64,000 bases of DNA from Armatimonadota bacterium (GTDB lineage Bacteria > Armatimonadota > SYMT01): positions 64,001 through 128,000 of the forward strand of contig JAWLHY010000003.1 in assembly GCA_041690135.1 (NCBI GenBank), in the 5' to 3' direction. The translations under genes were made by a program, and so were the position numbers. Positions within the stretch are counted from its first letter, which is position 1. Every line of letters starts with the position of its first letter. Under the pieces are notes generated by a model. The model had not been told where the DNA came from. It made no database searches and saw only the letters and a program-made list of their open reading frames with translations. Positions 1-10,120 of the stretch are shown one piece after another.

Positions 1-131
1 CCAAACACGGGCGCACTTTGACGGGTGAGGATTCAACCCTGGGCCCAGGCGTGCCGGTTGGGGAGCAGGAGCCCGACCGTGGCGACGGTGCCGGCCAGGG
101 CATAACGCATCCAGGAAGATTTGCTTTTCAT
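1..131 (-). CDS. N-terminal part of a secreted protein with an in-frame UGA just after the signal peptide (candidate selenoprotein); runs off the window edge
   Basis: Manual translation from ATG at 131: MKSKSSWMRYALAGTVATVGLLLPNRHAWAQG*ILTRQSAPVFG. Signal peptide ends in AWA; TGA is at 33-35 and the frame stays open afterwards. Confidence 0.6.
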
Positions 132-437
132 TGGGAGCAACGCTGTGGATCGAAGGTGGGTCCCGGTAGAGATGACCGAGCTGGCCCCAGGGTAGGAAGA
201 GATGGGGCTCTCCTAAACCCTACCTTGACCAGGCAAGCGCCGTCACCAGAATCTTCGATTCGACCAATGGAATTTTTCTATGACAGAGCATTCGGTTATC
301 GGTCCTGGCTATCCGGCGTTGCTTTGCTTGGCCTCAAGCCCCGGTGCGGTGCCGAAGTGCGAAAGGTGGCATAGCACAGCGAACTCCGAGGGGGCTTTTG
401 CGTCTATCAAAGCGAAGGCGGGAGCGGAGGTGAGCAG

Positions 438-1838
438 ATGCGCGGGAAGATCCGGGTTGGAGTACTGATGCTGCTGGGAGCGGGTCTCCTGGCGAGTGGC
501 GGCAACCTCTGGGGTGCTGCACCCGCGAAGGGGGTCCCCGCGAGCCCGGCCGTCGAGCCCGAATATGTGCCGCGGCCCCGGGGGAGCTTGACCTTCAACC
601 GGGAGATCGCGCCCGTTATCTTCCAGAACTGCTCCGGCTGCCACCGGCCGGGGGAGGTGGCGCCGTTCTCGCTGTTGACCTACGCGGACGTGCAGAAGCG
701 TGCCCGGCAGATCGCCCTGGTTACCGAGCGGCGGCTGATGCCGCCCTGGAAGGCCGAGCCGAATGATCCGCCGCACGAGGACGTGATGCGCCTCACCGCG
801 GATCAGATCGGCATGCTCAAGCAGTGGGCAGAAGAGGGCGCGAAGGAAGGGGATCCGACCGCTCGTCCCGCGCCGCCGAAGTTCACCCAGGGCTGGCGCC
901 TGGGCGAGCCGGACCTGGTCCTCCAACCGGCCGAGGCCTACCAGCTCGAGGCAGAAGGGAAGGACGTCTACCGCAACTTCGTGATCCCCTCCAACTTCAC
1001 CGAGGACCGCTGGCTCTCCGCCATCGAAGTCCGGCCGGACAACCGGGTGGTGGTACACCACGCGCTGGTTTACTTCGATACCCGCGGTAAAGCGCGGGAG
1101 TTGGACGCCGCCCAGCCGGGACCCGGCTACTCAACTTTCGGGGGTATCGGCTTCTCACCCGGGGGTCAGCTCGGCGGTTGGGCACCTGGCAACTACCCGC
1201 GCCACCTTCCGGACGGCGTGGGCATGCACATCCCCAGGGGGGCGGATATCGTCCTCCAGGTGCATTATCACAGGAGCGGCAAGGTGGAGACCGATCGCAC
1301 CCGGCTCGGGCTGTACTTCTCGAAAAAGCCGGTGGATAAACAGCGACGGGTGCTGCCCCTCCTTGGCCGGCCCCTGCGCATCCCGGCCGGAGACGCGAAC
1401 TACACGGTGCGCGCCAGCATGACGGTGCCGCTCAACGCCACCCTGCTGGAAGTGATGCCGCACATGCACCTGCTGGGGAAGGAGATCTCCGTTACGGCCA
1501 CGCTGCCGGACGGCAAGCAGCTCTCGCTGGTGCGCATTCCGGACTGGGACTTCAACTGGCAGGCCACCTACGCCTTCCGGGAGCCGGTGAAACTGCCTCG
1601 GGGCACGAAGATCGAGCTGGTGGCGCGGTACGACAACTCGGCGAACAATCCCCGCAACCCCTCCAACCCGCCGCGCCTGGTCACCTGGGGCGAGGAAACC
1701 ACGGACGAGATGTGCATCGCCTTCCTGCACTACACCCTGGACCACGAGCGCGCTGCCCAACAGGGCCAACGCCCCGGTCTTCTCAGCGACCGTCTCTTGA
1801 ACCTATTCCAGCGCCTCCAGGACCTGGGCAAGAAATAA
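438..1838 (+). CDS. Secreted cytochrome c / copper type II ascorbate-dependent monooxygenase-like protein
   Basis: Signal peptide, CxxCH (NCSGCH), VVHH, PHMH, WDFNWQ and DEMC motifs. Confidence 0.8.
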   Translation: MRGKIRVGVLMLLGAGLLASGGNLWGAAPAKGVPASPAVEPEYVPRPRGSLTFNREIAPVIFQNCSGCHRPGEVAPFSLLTYADVQKRARQIALVTERRLMPPWKAEPNDPPHEDVMRLTADQIGMLKQWAEEGAKEGDPTARPAPPKFTQGWRLGEPDLVLQPAEAYQLEAEGKDVYRNFVIPSNFTEDRWLSAIEVRPDNRVVVHHALVYFDTRGKARELDAAQPGPGYSTFGGIGFSPGGQLGGWAPGNYPRHLPDGVGMHIPRGADIVLQVHYHRSGKVETDRTRLGLYFSKKPVDKQRRVLPLLGRPLRIPAGDANYTVRASMTVPLNATLLEVMPHMHLLGKEISVTATLPDGKQLSLVRIPDWDFNWQATYAFREPVKLPRGTKIELVARYDNSANNPRNPSNPPRLVTWGEETTDEMCIAFLHYTLDHERAAQQGQRPGLLSDRLLNLFQRLQDLGKK

Positions 1839-1892
1839 CTTATCCGCTTCCTTTGCGGCTTTGCGTCTTTGCGCGAGACACACCCTTGCGGC

Positions 1893-2492
1893 TTAAGGCT
1901 CGGGGATGAAGCACCCGATCGCCCTGGTTCGCGTAACTGCCGGCTGTTTCCCCGCCAGCACCGCGTCCAGGGCATCGCGGAGATCTCGGGTTGTAGGCGG
2001 AAAGCGCTTCTTGCCCAGGTCGACGTAAAGGTCGTTGATGCGGCCCCGGTAAACGAGCCGGCCGGTCGCATCGAACACGGCTGCCTCCGGCGTGAGGGTG
2101 GCGCCCGCCTTGCGGACCAGCTTCTGCTGGGGGTCGAGCAACAGGGGGAAGCGCAGGCCGAAGTCCTTCCCGTGGCGCGCCGCGGCCGCGGTCTCCAGCG
2201 TAGGGTCCGGATAGATCCCGAACAGGGCTACCCCCTTCGGCGCGTATTCGGCGTGGATCCGCCCCAACTCCGGCGCGAAGGCGTTGGAGATCGGGCAGTC
2301 GCTGCCCAGGAATACCAGGACTGCCGCCTTCTTTCCCTTCATATCCAGCGGCACGTAAGTCTTACCGTCCACCCCGCGCACCCGGATCGCCTCCGGCGCC
2401 GCCGTTCCGCTCTCCATCGCCGCCAAAGCGAAGACCAGACTCCCTCCACAAAACAAGCGCCGCGTCAGCTTACGCCTCCCCTTCACTCGCAT
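1893..2492 (-). CDS. Redoxin/AhpC-TSA thioredoxin-fold protein
   Basis: VFLGSDCPISN, TPEAAV, YRGRIND and AIGCFI motifs; GGGGAGGG RBS before ATG 2492. Confidence 0.8.
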   Translation of the reverse strand: MRVKGRRKLTRRLFCGGSLVFALAAMESGTAAPEAIRVRGVDGKTYVPLDMKGKKAAVLVFLGSDCPISNAFAPELGRIHAEYAPKGVALFGIYPDPTLETAAAARHGKDFGLRFPLLLDPQQKLVRKAGATLTPEAAVFDATGRLVYRGRINDLYVDLGKKRFPPTTRDLRDALDAVLAGKQPAVTRTRAIGCFIPEP

Positions 2493-2598
2493 CCCTCCCC
2501 TTTCCGAGGCTCCGCCCTCCTGATCTTCATCCTCATCGGCGAAGCTCTCCCCCACTCGCCTCTTACTCCTACTCTTACTCCTACTCTTACTCCCTACG

Positions 2599-3447
2599 TC
2601 AGAGTCCCCCCCGCGGCCGCACGCGCACTGCCAATTCCTTACCCCGGCGCACCACCCGTAGTTCCGCGAGTTGCCCCGGCGCAACCTGGCCTGCGGCCTG
2701 GTGCAGGTCTTCCAGACTGTCTGTCCACCATCCGTCCAGTGTGGTGATCCGGTCCCCCACCTTCAGGCCGGCAGCGGCGGCGGCACCCCCCGGGTAGATG
2801 CGAGTGATCCGCATGCCGGGGTGATCGTCGGGACGGTCCACTTCCAGGCCCCAGAGGGCGGGCGATCCCAGGACTTTCCGCTGCGGGGCGGCCGTGAAGA
2901 GACGGGTCACGAGGCCAGACATCACGTCCTGTGGCTGGTAGTCGACGGGGGTGAGGGTCATCTTTCCCGCTTCGTAGTCGAGCACGGTGCGGTAGCGGGA
3001 GAAGAAGGAGTAGCCAATGATCCCGTCGATCTCCCCCTCGTAACGTGAAAGGACGTCGATGACGGGATGGTCCATTACCAGCAGGTTGAAGTTCCCCAGT
3101 TCCACCGCGCCCACGGCCAGCGTCTTCACCGCAAACTGGCCGCGCATGCCGAAGAAGGACGGCTGCTTCGCGCGCTCCGGCGTGATGAGCCCTGCCTTCA
3201 ACGCCGCCCGCCCGCTGATGAACGTCAGGGGAGAGCCCGTATCGAAGACCAGTCGGAAGGGACCGGCGCCGTTCACCTTGACGGAGACCAGGGCATGACG
3301 CGTCCGGGTGAGCTCCATCGGCACCGAAACGGCCACCGGCGCCGCGACCGGCTTCCCGGGCGGCTCATCCGCGCAGGAAGGCCGCGCACCGCCCAGCAGC
3401 CCACCGGCCAACACGACCGCCGCCCATACTCCGAAGTGCCTTCTCAT
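2599..3447 (-). CDS. Secreted retropepsin-like aspartyl protease with PDZ domain
   Basis: FDTGS catalytic motif, DGIIG, C-terminal PDZ (GGAAAAAGLKVGDRI), signal peptide. Confidence 0.85.
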   Translation of the reverse strand: MRRHFGVWAAVVLAGGLLGGARPSCADEPPGKPVAAPVAVSVPMELTRTRHALVSVKVNGAGPFRLVFDTGSPLTFISGRAALKAGLITPERAKQPSFFGMRGQFAVKTLAVGAVELGNFNLLVMDHPVIDVLSRYEGEIDGIIGYSFFSRYRTVLDYEAGKMTLTPVDYQPQDVMSGLVTRLFTAAPQRKVLGSPALWGLEVDRPDDHPGMRITRIYPGGAAAAAGLKVGDRITTLDGWWTDSLEDLHQAAGQVAPGQLAELRVVRRGKELAVRVRPRGGL

Positions 3448-3949
3448 TGTCTCCACACCTTGTCCAGCCACCCGTTCCAAGAACCCTGCCCCATCCTGAT
3501 CCTTATCCTAACCCGGCGTAGCCGGAACCCAGAGGAAGACGGCGTCATTGCGAAGGAGCCTTAGCGACTGCGGCAATCCCCCTGCCTTCCGCGCCGCTGC
3601 CTTTGCCACTACTCGTCCGCTTTGCAGTATTCACTGCGGACCTCCAAGGCTGGAGGGCGACCTACGGGGGGCGAGACCCGCTGCGGTCACCACGGGGATT
3701 GCCGCGCCCCGCAGAGGTCGGACCACGCACCCGAATGCGATATCAACCAAAGCTCGGCCCACGTGGTTAGATGCGGCCGGATTGGGGCTCGCAATGACGC
3801 ACTCTGGTTTCCAAGAAACACAGTATCTCTGTGCGTGCCACCCAGTGGAGCGGCAATCGAGCACCCTACCCTGGTAGTTACGCATCCTTCCTTATCTTTA
3901 TCCTCATCGCAATCTTAATCGGGCCGCAGGCCCCTTCCGCCTTCATCCT

Positions 3950-4903
3950 TCAAAACCCGTTCCCGGCCCGCACGACCACCGCCAGCTTCCGCTTGCCGCG
4001 GAGGACGGTCAGCCGGACCGCTTCGCCCGCCGCTACCTGGGTCGCCAGGGTCTGGAGCTCCTCGACGGACTTCACGGGCTGCGCCGTCTTGCCGAGGAGT
4101 GCCAGGTGCGTGATGCGGTCTCCGACGGCCAGCTTCGCGCGAGCGGCGGGGCTCTGCGGGAGGACCCGGGTAATCCGTGGGATGCCCGGCGCGGAAGCTA
4201 GTTCGAAGCCGAGGAAGCCACGGGCGACCTGTGGGATCTCGGCACGCTTGGGGACCAGCGTGCCGAGCAGTCCGGGCAGCTTCTCCATCGCCGCGAGTTC
4301 GGCCGGCGGCTCCCCGGGCGTCTCCGGTGGCGCGGAGTTGCCGGCGGGAGGCTTCGATGCGGGCGCTCCCGGTTCGGGGAGTTCCGTGATGGAGACTAAC
4401 GGCAGCGGCTGGTACTTCAGTGGCGTCCAGACCATCACCGGGCGAGTTAGGTCGATCTCCATCCGGAACCGGGCAATCAGGTTATAGCCGAGAACACCGT
4501 CCAGCCGCGCGCCGGGAAGTCCCACCAGGTTCATGCCGGTCAACTGCGGTGGCTCCTGGACGCGTGCCTCCTGCTTCTCGACGACCGCGCCCCCTTCGAT
4601 CTCCAGGCGCTTCACCGTGGCCCAGCCTTCCTCATCCGCCTTCAGCCCCGCCTTCTTCGCGGCCTCCGGAGAGATGAAGAGCGCCGGCGCCCCGGTATCC
4701 AGGATGAAGTTGAAGGGACCTTTCCCGTGCAATTTCGCACGGACCAGGAGATGCTTGGTCGCCGTCAGCCGGTAGGGCACCCGGTAGGTGCGGCCCGGAG
4801 GGGAAGGTGCCGGGGTTGCCGGCACCGCCGGAACCGGGGGAGCCGCGCCCACGGGCAAACCGAGCGCGAGAAACAGGTAAAGGGTGGAGGATAGCTGTCG
4901 CAT
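3950..4903 (-). CDS. Secreted retropepsin-like aspartyl protease with PDZ domain (paralog of the adjacent gene)
   Basis: LDTGA, DGVLG and PDZ (GFLGFE...SPAARAKLAVGDRI) motifs. Confidence 0.85.
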   Translation of the reverse strand: MRQLSSTLYLFLALGLPVGAAPPVPAVPATPAPSPPGRTYRVPYRLTATKHLLVRAKLHGKGPFNFILDTGAPALFISPEAAKKAGLKADEEGWATVKRLEIEGGAVVEKQEARVQEPPQLTGMNLVGLPGARLDGVLGYNLIARFRMEIDLTRPVMVWTPLKYQPLPLVSITELPEPGAPASKPPAGNSAPPETPGEPPAELAAMEKLPGLLGTLVPKRAEIPQVARGFLGFELASAPGIPRITRVLPQSPAARAKLAVGDRITHLALLGKTAQPVKSVEELQTLATQVAAGEAVRLTVLRGKRKLAVVVRAGNGF

Positions 4904-5076
4904 AGAATGGGATGGGAGTAGAAGGCTCATCTGCAGTGTAGCGCGCCCGACGCCGGTTGGCCGATACCCACGTGCGCTCCGCGCAGAGCCGCCGTAGAAC
5001 TCGCCCTCCTAAGGATACGGTTACCAGGGTGTGGAATGATCGACAGAGTTTCAGCGAGGGCAGGGAGGGTGGCGGC

Positions 5077-5478
5077 ATGACTGTCTCCCCGGTGCGCAAG
5101 CTGGCCGTGTTGTTCCTGGCGGCGCAGGGGTTCGGCGCGTTCGGCTGGTGGCTGCTGCTGTGGGCTGTCCCGTCCAGCCGGGCGGCATTTCTCCCGCCGG
5201 GATGGCCCACGTCTACTCTGGCGCCGTTCCTGGTGGGAGACCTGACCCTCTTCGCGGGCGGAGCGCTCGCGGCGGCGTACGGTATCGCGCGCCGCCGTCC
5301 CTGGGCCTGGACGGTCCTCTGCATCCATTCGGGGGCTGCGCTCTATGCCGGGCTTTTCAGCCTGTCCCTGCCGCTCCTGTTCGGCTCTCCGTGGCTGGCC
5401 GCGGCGGTGATGGCGCCCTCCGTGATCGGCCCGCCGCTCCTGCTCTGGCGACTGCGCCCGGAGGCCCGTACGTGGTGA
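5077..5478 (+). CDS. Small membrane protein (about 4 TM segments)
   Basis: Hydrophobic ORF with GGAGGG RBS; its stop overlaps the next start (GTGA). Confidence 0.65.
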   Translation: MTVSPVRKLAVLFLAAQGFGAFGWWLLLWAVPSSRAAFLPPGWPTSTLAPFLVGDLTLFAGGALAAAYGIARRRPWAWTVLCIHSGAALYAGLFSLSLPLLFGSPWLAAAVMAPSVIGPPLLLWRLRPEARTW

Positions 5479-6023
5479 AGGCGCTGCGGGGACGAGAAGC
5501 CCCACCCGCAACCACTGCCGGGAACGTGGCGCGCACGCTGCGCCAGGCCGCGGGGTTCTGGACCGTCTTCTTCCTCCTCATACCGGCGGGGCTCTACGCG
5601 CTGGAAGAGATGCTGGGGTTCGCGGGCTTCCGCTTTGCCGCGCCCATCGGGAGGTGGACCGGCGCGGCCGTGTTCGGGATCGGTGGCGCCTTCAACCTCG
5701 CTGCGGCCCGCGACCTGGCGGTCACCGGCGAAGGGACCCCGCTCCCCCTCACCTGCCCGCGCAAGCTGGTCGTGACCGGCCTCTACCGCTACGTTTGCAA
5801 TCCGATGGCCATGGCCGCCCTCGCCCAGGGCACCGGGGTCGGCCTCTTCCTCGGCTCGCCCCTGGTGCTGCTGTACGCGGCAGCGGGCGCGGTGGTCTGG
5901 CACCTTTTCGTGCGCCCCTGGGAAGAGCGCGACCTGGAAGCGCGCTTTGGCGATAGTTACCGGCACTACCAACGCTGGGTGCGCTGCTGGATCCCCCGGC
6001 GCCCCGACGGCGAAGGGCCGTAG
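5475..6023 (+). CDS. Isoprenylcysteine carboxyl methyltransferase / PEMT-family membrane protein
   Basis: GEGTPLP, LVVTGLYRYVCNPM and EERDLEARFGDSYRHY motifs. Confidence 0.85.
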   Translation: MKALRGREAPPATTAGNVARTLRQAAGFWTVFFLLIPAGLYALEEMLGFAGFRFAAPIGRWTGAAVFGIGGAFNLAAARDLAVTGEGTPLPLTCPRKLVVTGLYRYVCNPMAMAALAQGTGVGLFLGSPLVLLYAAAGAVVWHLFVRPWEERDLEARFGDSYRHYQRWVRCWIPRRPDGEGP

Positions 6024-6052
6024 GGCGCAGGAGTTTCCGCTTCCGGGGGAGC

Positions 6053-7063
<1,011 letters not shown>

Positions 7064-7215
7064 TGCAGTCCTATAAGATCAGCGGAGCCCGCAACCTGCT
7101 ATCGGCCACATATCTCGCTGCGGCACTCTCCGGGCTCCCGGAAGAGTGTAGCGATTCGGGGCGAAAGCGCCAATCTCTCGGCGCAGAAAGTTGTCCATCC
7201 CGTGCCTGCCCATGG

Positions 7216-9046
7216 TCAAGCGGAGGCATGGCTTCCGCCCCGGGTTAGTCGCCGCGCTTCTCCCGAATGTACCCCCGCCCCGTTGGTCCGCCCAGGTCCG
7301 CAGCCAGGCTCCTCTTCCAAGCTCGTTTCCGCGTTCTGCAGCGAGTACATTCCGGCGTATAACCCTCCTGCCATCAGCAGCTCGGCATGGGTCCCCGCTT
7401 CCGCGATGCGGCCTTCGTCCAGGACCACGATCCGGTCGGCCCACCGCGCCATGGAGAGCCGGTGGGTGATGATCAGGGTAGTCCGGTCCTGCGCCAGGCG
7501 CTGCAGCGCCTGCTGGATCAGCCATTCCGACTCCGGCTCCACCGCGGAGGTCGGCTCGTCTAGGATCAGGATCCGGGGATCGGCAAGGAAGGCGCGGGCG
7601 ATGCAGAGCCGCTGCCGCTGGCCTCCGGAGAGCCGGACGCCGCGCTCGCCGACCTCCGTATTCCAGCCTTCCGGCAGCTCCTCTTCGATGAACCGGAGCG
7701 CGTTCGCCGCCGCCGCCGCGGTACGGGCTTCCTCCAGGGTGGCTTCCGGGCGGGCATACCGTACGTTCTCCAGCACCGTGCCGGTGAAAAGAAACGGCTC
7801 CTGCAGCACCATCCCGATCTGCCGGCGCAGGCTCTGCAGGGTGGCCTCTCGGAGGGCCCGGCCGTCGATCCGCACGCAACCGGCCGTGGGATCCCAGAAC
7901 CGGGGAAGCAGGTTCACGAGTGTGCTCTTGCCGCCGCCGCTGCTCCCCACGATCGCCACGACCTCGCCGGCCGCCACCTCCAGATCGATCTCGCACAATA
8001 CCGGCCGCGAGCCGTAGGCGAAGTGGACCCCCTCGAAGGTCACCCGGCCGGAAAGGCGGGGCAGCTCCACGGCCCCCGGCGCGTCGGCGACTTCGACCGG
8101 CGCATCGAGCACCTCGAAGACCCGGGCCGCCGCCGCGTTGCCCCGCTGGAACAGGTCGTTGACCTGGGCCAGGCCGTACACCGGCTCCAGCAACTCGCCG
8201 GCATAGGCGCGGAACGCCACCAGCCCCCCCCAGCGTGAAGCGGCCCTGGAGAATGAGCCAGGCGCCGGCCGCGATGGAGAGGGTGGTGGTGACGTGCCCC
8301 AGCAACCGGAGCGACGGATAGAAGAGCGACCGCGCGTTCAGCGCCTGCTGCTCCGCTTCCCAGTGCTCGCCCGTCAACCGCCGGAAACGGACCGCCTCCT
8401 GCGGTTCCTGCGCGAACGCCTTCACGACCAGCGTTCCCGCGAGCAGTTCCTGGAGACGGGCGCTCACATGGCCGAGCCTCCCGCGGGTCGTGCGGTACAG
8501 GTCCCGGATCTTCTCGTTGAAACGGCGGACCAGCACCCACACGATCGCCACCGGCGGCACCACGATGGCGGCGAGGAGCGGGTTCAGCAGCATGATACAG
8601 GTTCCAATCACCAGGAAGGCATAGACATTGGCTAGCACCGACTGCGTGATCCGCAGCGCGACCGACTGCAGCAGGTCCACGTCGCCGACGACCCGCGCGA
8701 TCAGGTCTCCGGACCGGTGCTGCTGCAGATAGCCCACGGATTGGCTCTGCAGCTTCCGGTGGACCTCGTTCCGCAGGTCCCGCACGAACGCCAGGGCGAC
8801 GCGCTCCAACAGGTTCTCCCGCAGCGCGTCGAGGGCGGTCCCCAGCAGGTATGTCCCCAGCATCACCGCCGCCGCGCCGGCCAGGCGGTCGGCGCGCCTC
8901 GCCAGCACCACTTCGTCCACCAGGTACCGCCAGATCCACGGGTGGGCCAGGGAAAGCGGCGTCGCCACCGCCATGCACAACAGCCCGAACCCCGCCTGCC
9001 AGCGGTAGGGGCGAAGGTAACCGAGGAGCCGGAGATAGGTCTTCAT
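7216..9046 (-). pseudogene. ABC exporter (TMD+NBD half transporter) split by a +1 frameshift in a G8 tract; pseudogene, phase-variable gene or sequencing error
   Basis: TMD from MKTYLRLLGYL (9046) to FTLGG. NBD with GSSGGGKST, LSGGQRQR and ILDEPT lies in another frame (7216-8220). C8 run at 8224-8231; C7 restores FTLGGLVAFRAY. Confidence 0.85.
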
Positions 9047-9130
9047 CAGAAACCACCTGGGAGTGGGGCCGCGTTGAGGGAGGTCGTACAGCATGGCGGA
9101 TAGCTCTTCTTCCACCGGACAAAAACACGG

Positions 9131-9159
9131 TTGACATCCCTCGGCCCTTATTGCATACT
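9131..9159 (+). promoter_or_regulatory. Sigma70-type promoter for the DUF1559-lasso arm
   Basis: TTGACA (9131-9136), 17 nt spacer, CATACT (9154-9159) in an AT-rich divergent intergenic region. Confidence 0.55.
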
Positions 9160-9171
9160 CATTGCAGTAAG

Positions 9172-9183
9172 TATACACACTGA
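9172..9183 (+). promoter_or_regulatory. Shared motif TATACACACTGA (copy 1)
   Basis: Identical 12-mer on the - strand at 20053-20064; 9-mer at 21032-21040. Confidence 0.55.
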
Positions 9184-9216
9184 ATACGCATCCGGGTGGT
9201 GCAGGTGAGGGGAACG

Positions 9217-10089
9217 ATGTCCGGCCCAGGATCCAAAACTCGAAAGCCAGGGAGAACGCCCGGAGTACCGGGAGCTCACTCGCGACGCCGGCGGGGGTTC
9301 ACCCTCATCGAGTTCCTGGTGGTCATTGCCATCCTGGCAATCCTCGCCGGGCTGCTCTTTCCCGTCTTCGCCCAGGCGCGGGAGGCGGCCCGCAAGGCCA
9401 ACTGCCTCTCCAACCTGAAGCAGATCGGCGCGGCCTGGCTGCTCTACGCGCAGGACCACGACGAAACCATCGTGACCTATAACGGCAGCCAGGTGGGGAA
9501 CGTGCTCTACAGCTGGGACGCCGCCTACGACGTGGCGAACGAGACCTTCGATATCTCGCAGGGGCTGCTCCAGCCGTACATGAAGAATGCCGCCGTGCTG
9601 GATTGCCTCTCCGCCGGCGGCATCGCCGCACAGCGCAGCTATCGGCTGGCGTACGGCATCAATCACCTCTACCTCTATTACCCGCGCTACCCCGCCGCGG
9701 ACTACCTGGGCAAGTACCAGCCGGCCACCCTGGCACAGGTTGAGCGCCCGGCGGACACAGTCATCATGGCCGACTCGGCCAGCCGGGGCATCGCGCCGCA
9801 CAACCTCGGCCAGATCATCCGCACGCGCAACCTGCGGGCTCCGAGCTACGAGGGCACCGTCGGTCCCTCGGCCCACGGCCGTCATGCCGGGTTTGCGGCG
9901 GTCCTATGGGGCGACGGCCACGTCAAGGCGGTCCGGACGACGCCCCGCGCCGCCCATCCGGACGGAGCGGCGATGGCCGAGTGGTACCGCTCGCACCAGA
10001 TCGGCGACCTCCTCCCGCCCGGGTGCGGGCACGACCAGCCGTGCCAGGACTACTACTTCGAGCTGCGCAAGACGACGGCGGGCCGCTGA
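9217..10089 (+). CDS. Prepilin-type N-terminal cleavage/methylation, DUF1559 / H-X9-DG protein
   Basis: RRG|[39 protein letters not shown]; [18 protein letters not shown]. Confidence 0.9.
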   Translation: MSGPGSKTRKPGRTPGVPGAHSRRRRGFTLIEFLVVIAILAILAGLLFPVFAQAREAARKANCLSNLKQIGAAWLLYAQDHDETIVTYNGSQVGNVLYSWDAAYDVANETFDISQGLLQPYMKNAAVLDCLSAGGIAAQRSYRLAYGINHLYLYYPRYPAADYLGKYQPATLAQVERPADTVIMADSASRGIAPHNLGQIIRTRNLRAPSYEGTVGPSAHGRHAGFAAVLWGDGHVKAVRTTPRAAHPDGAAMAEWYRSHQIGDLLPPGCGHDQPCQDYYFELRKTTAGR

Positions 10090-10120
10090 TCTCCCCCGCG
10101 GGTGCGACAGGAGTTTTCTC

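Noticed and set aside
1850-1880. CTTTGCG.CTTTGCG repeat (also at about 37893-37920)
   Set aside because: Short common intergenic repeat; noted but carries no specific signal here.
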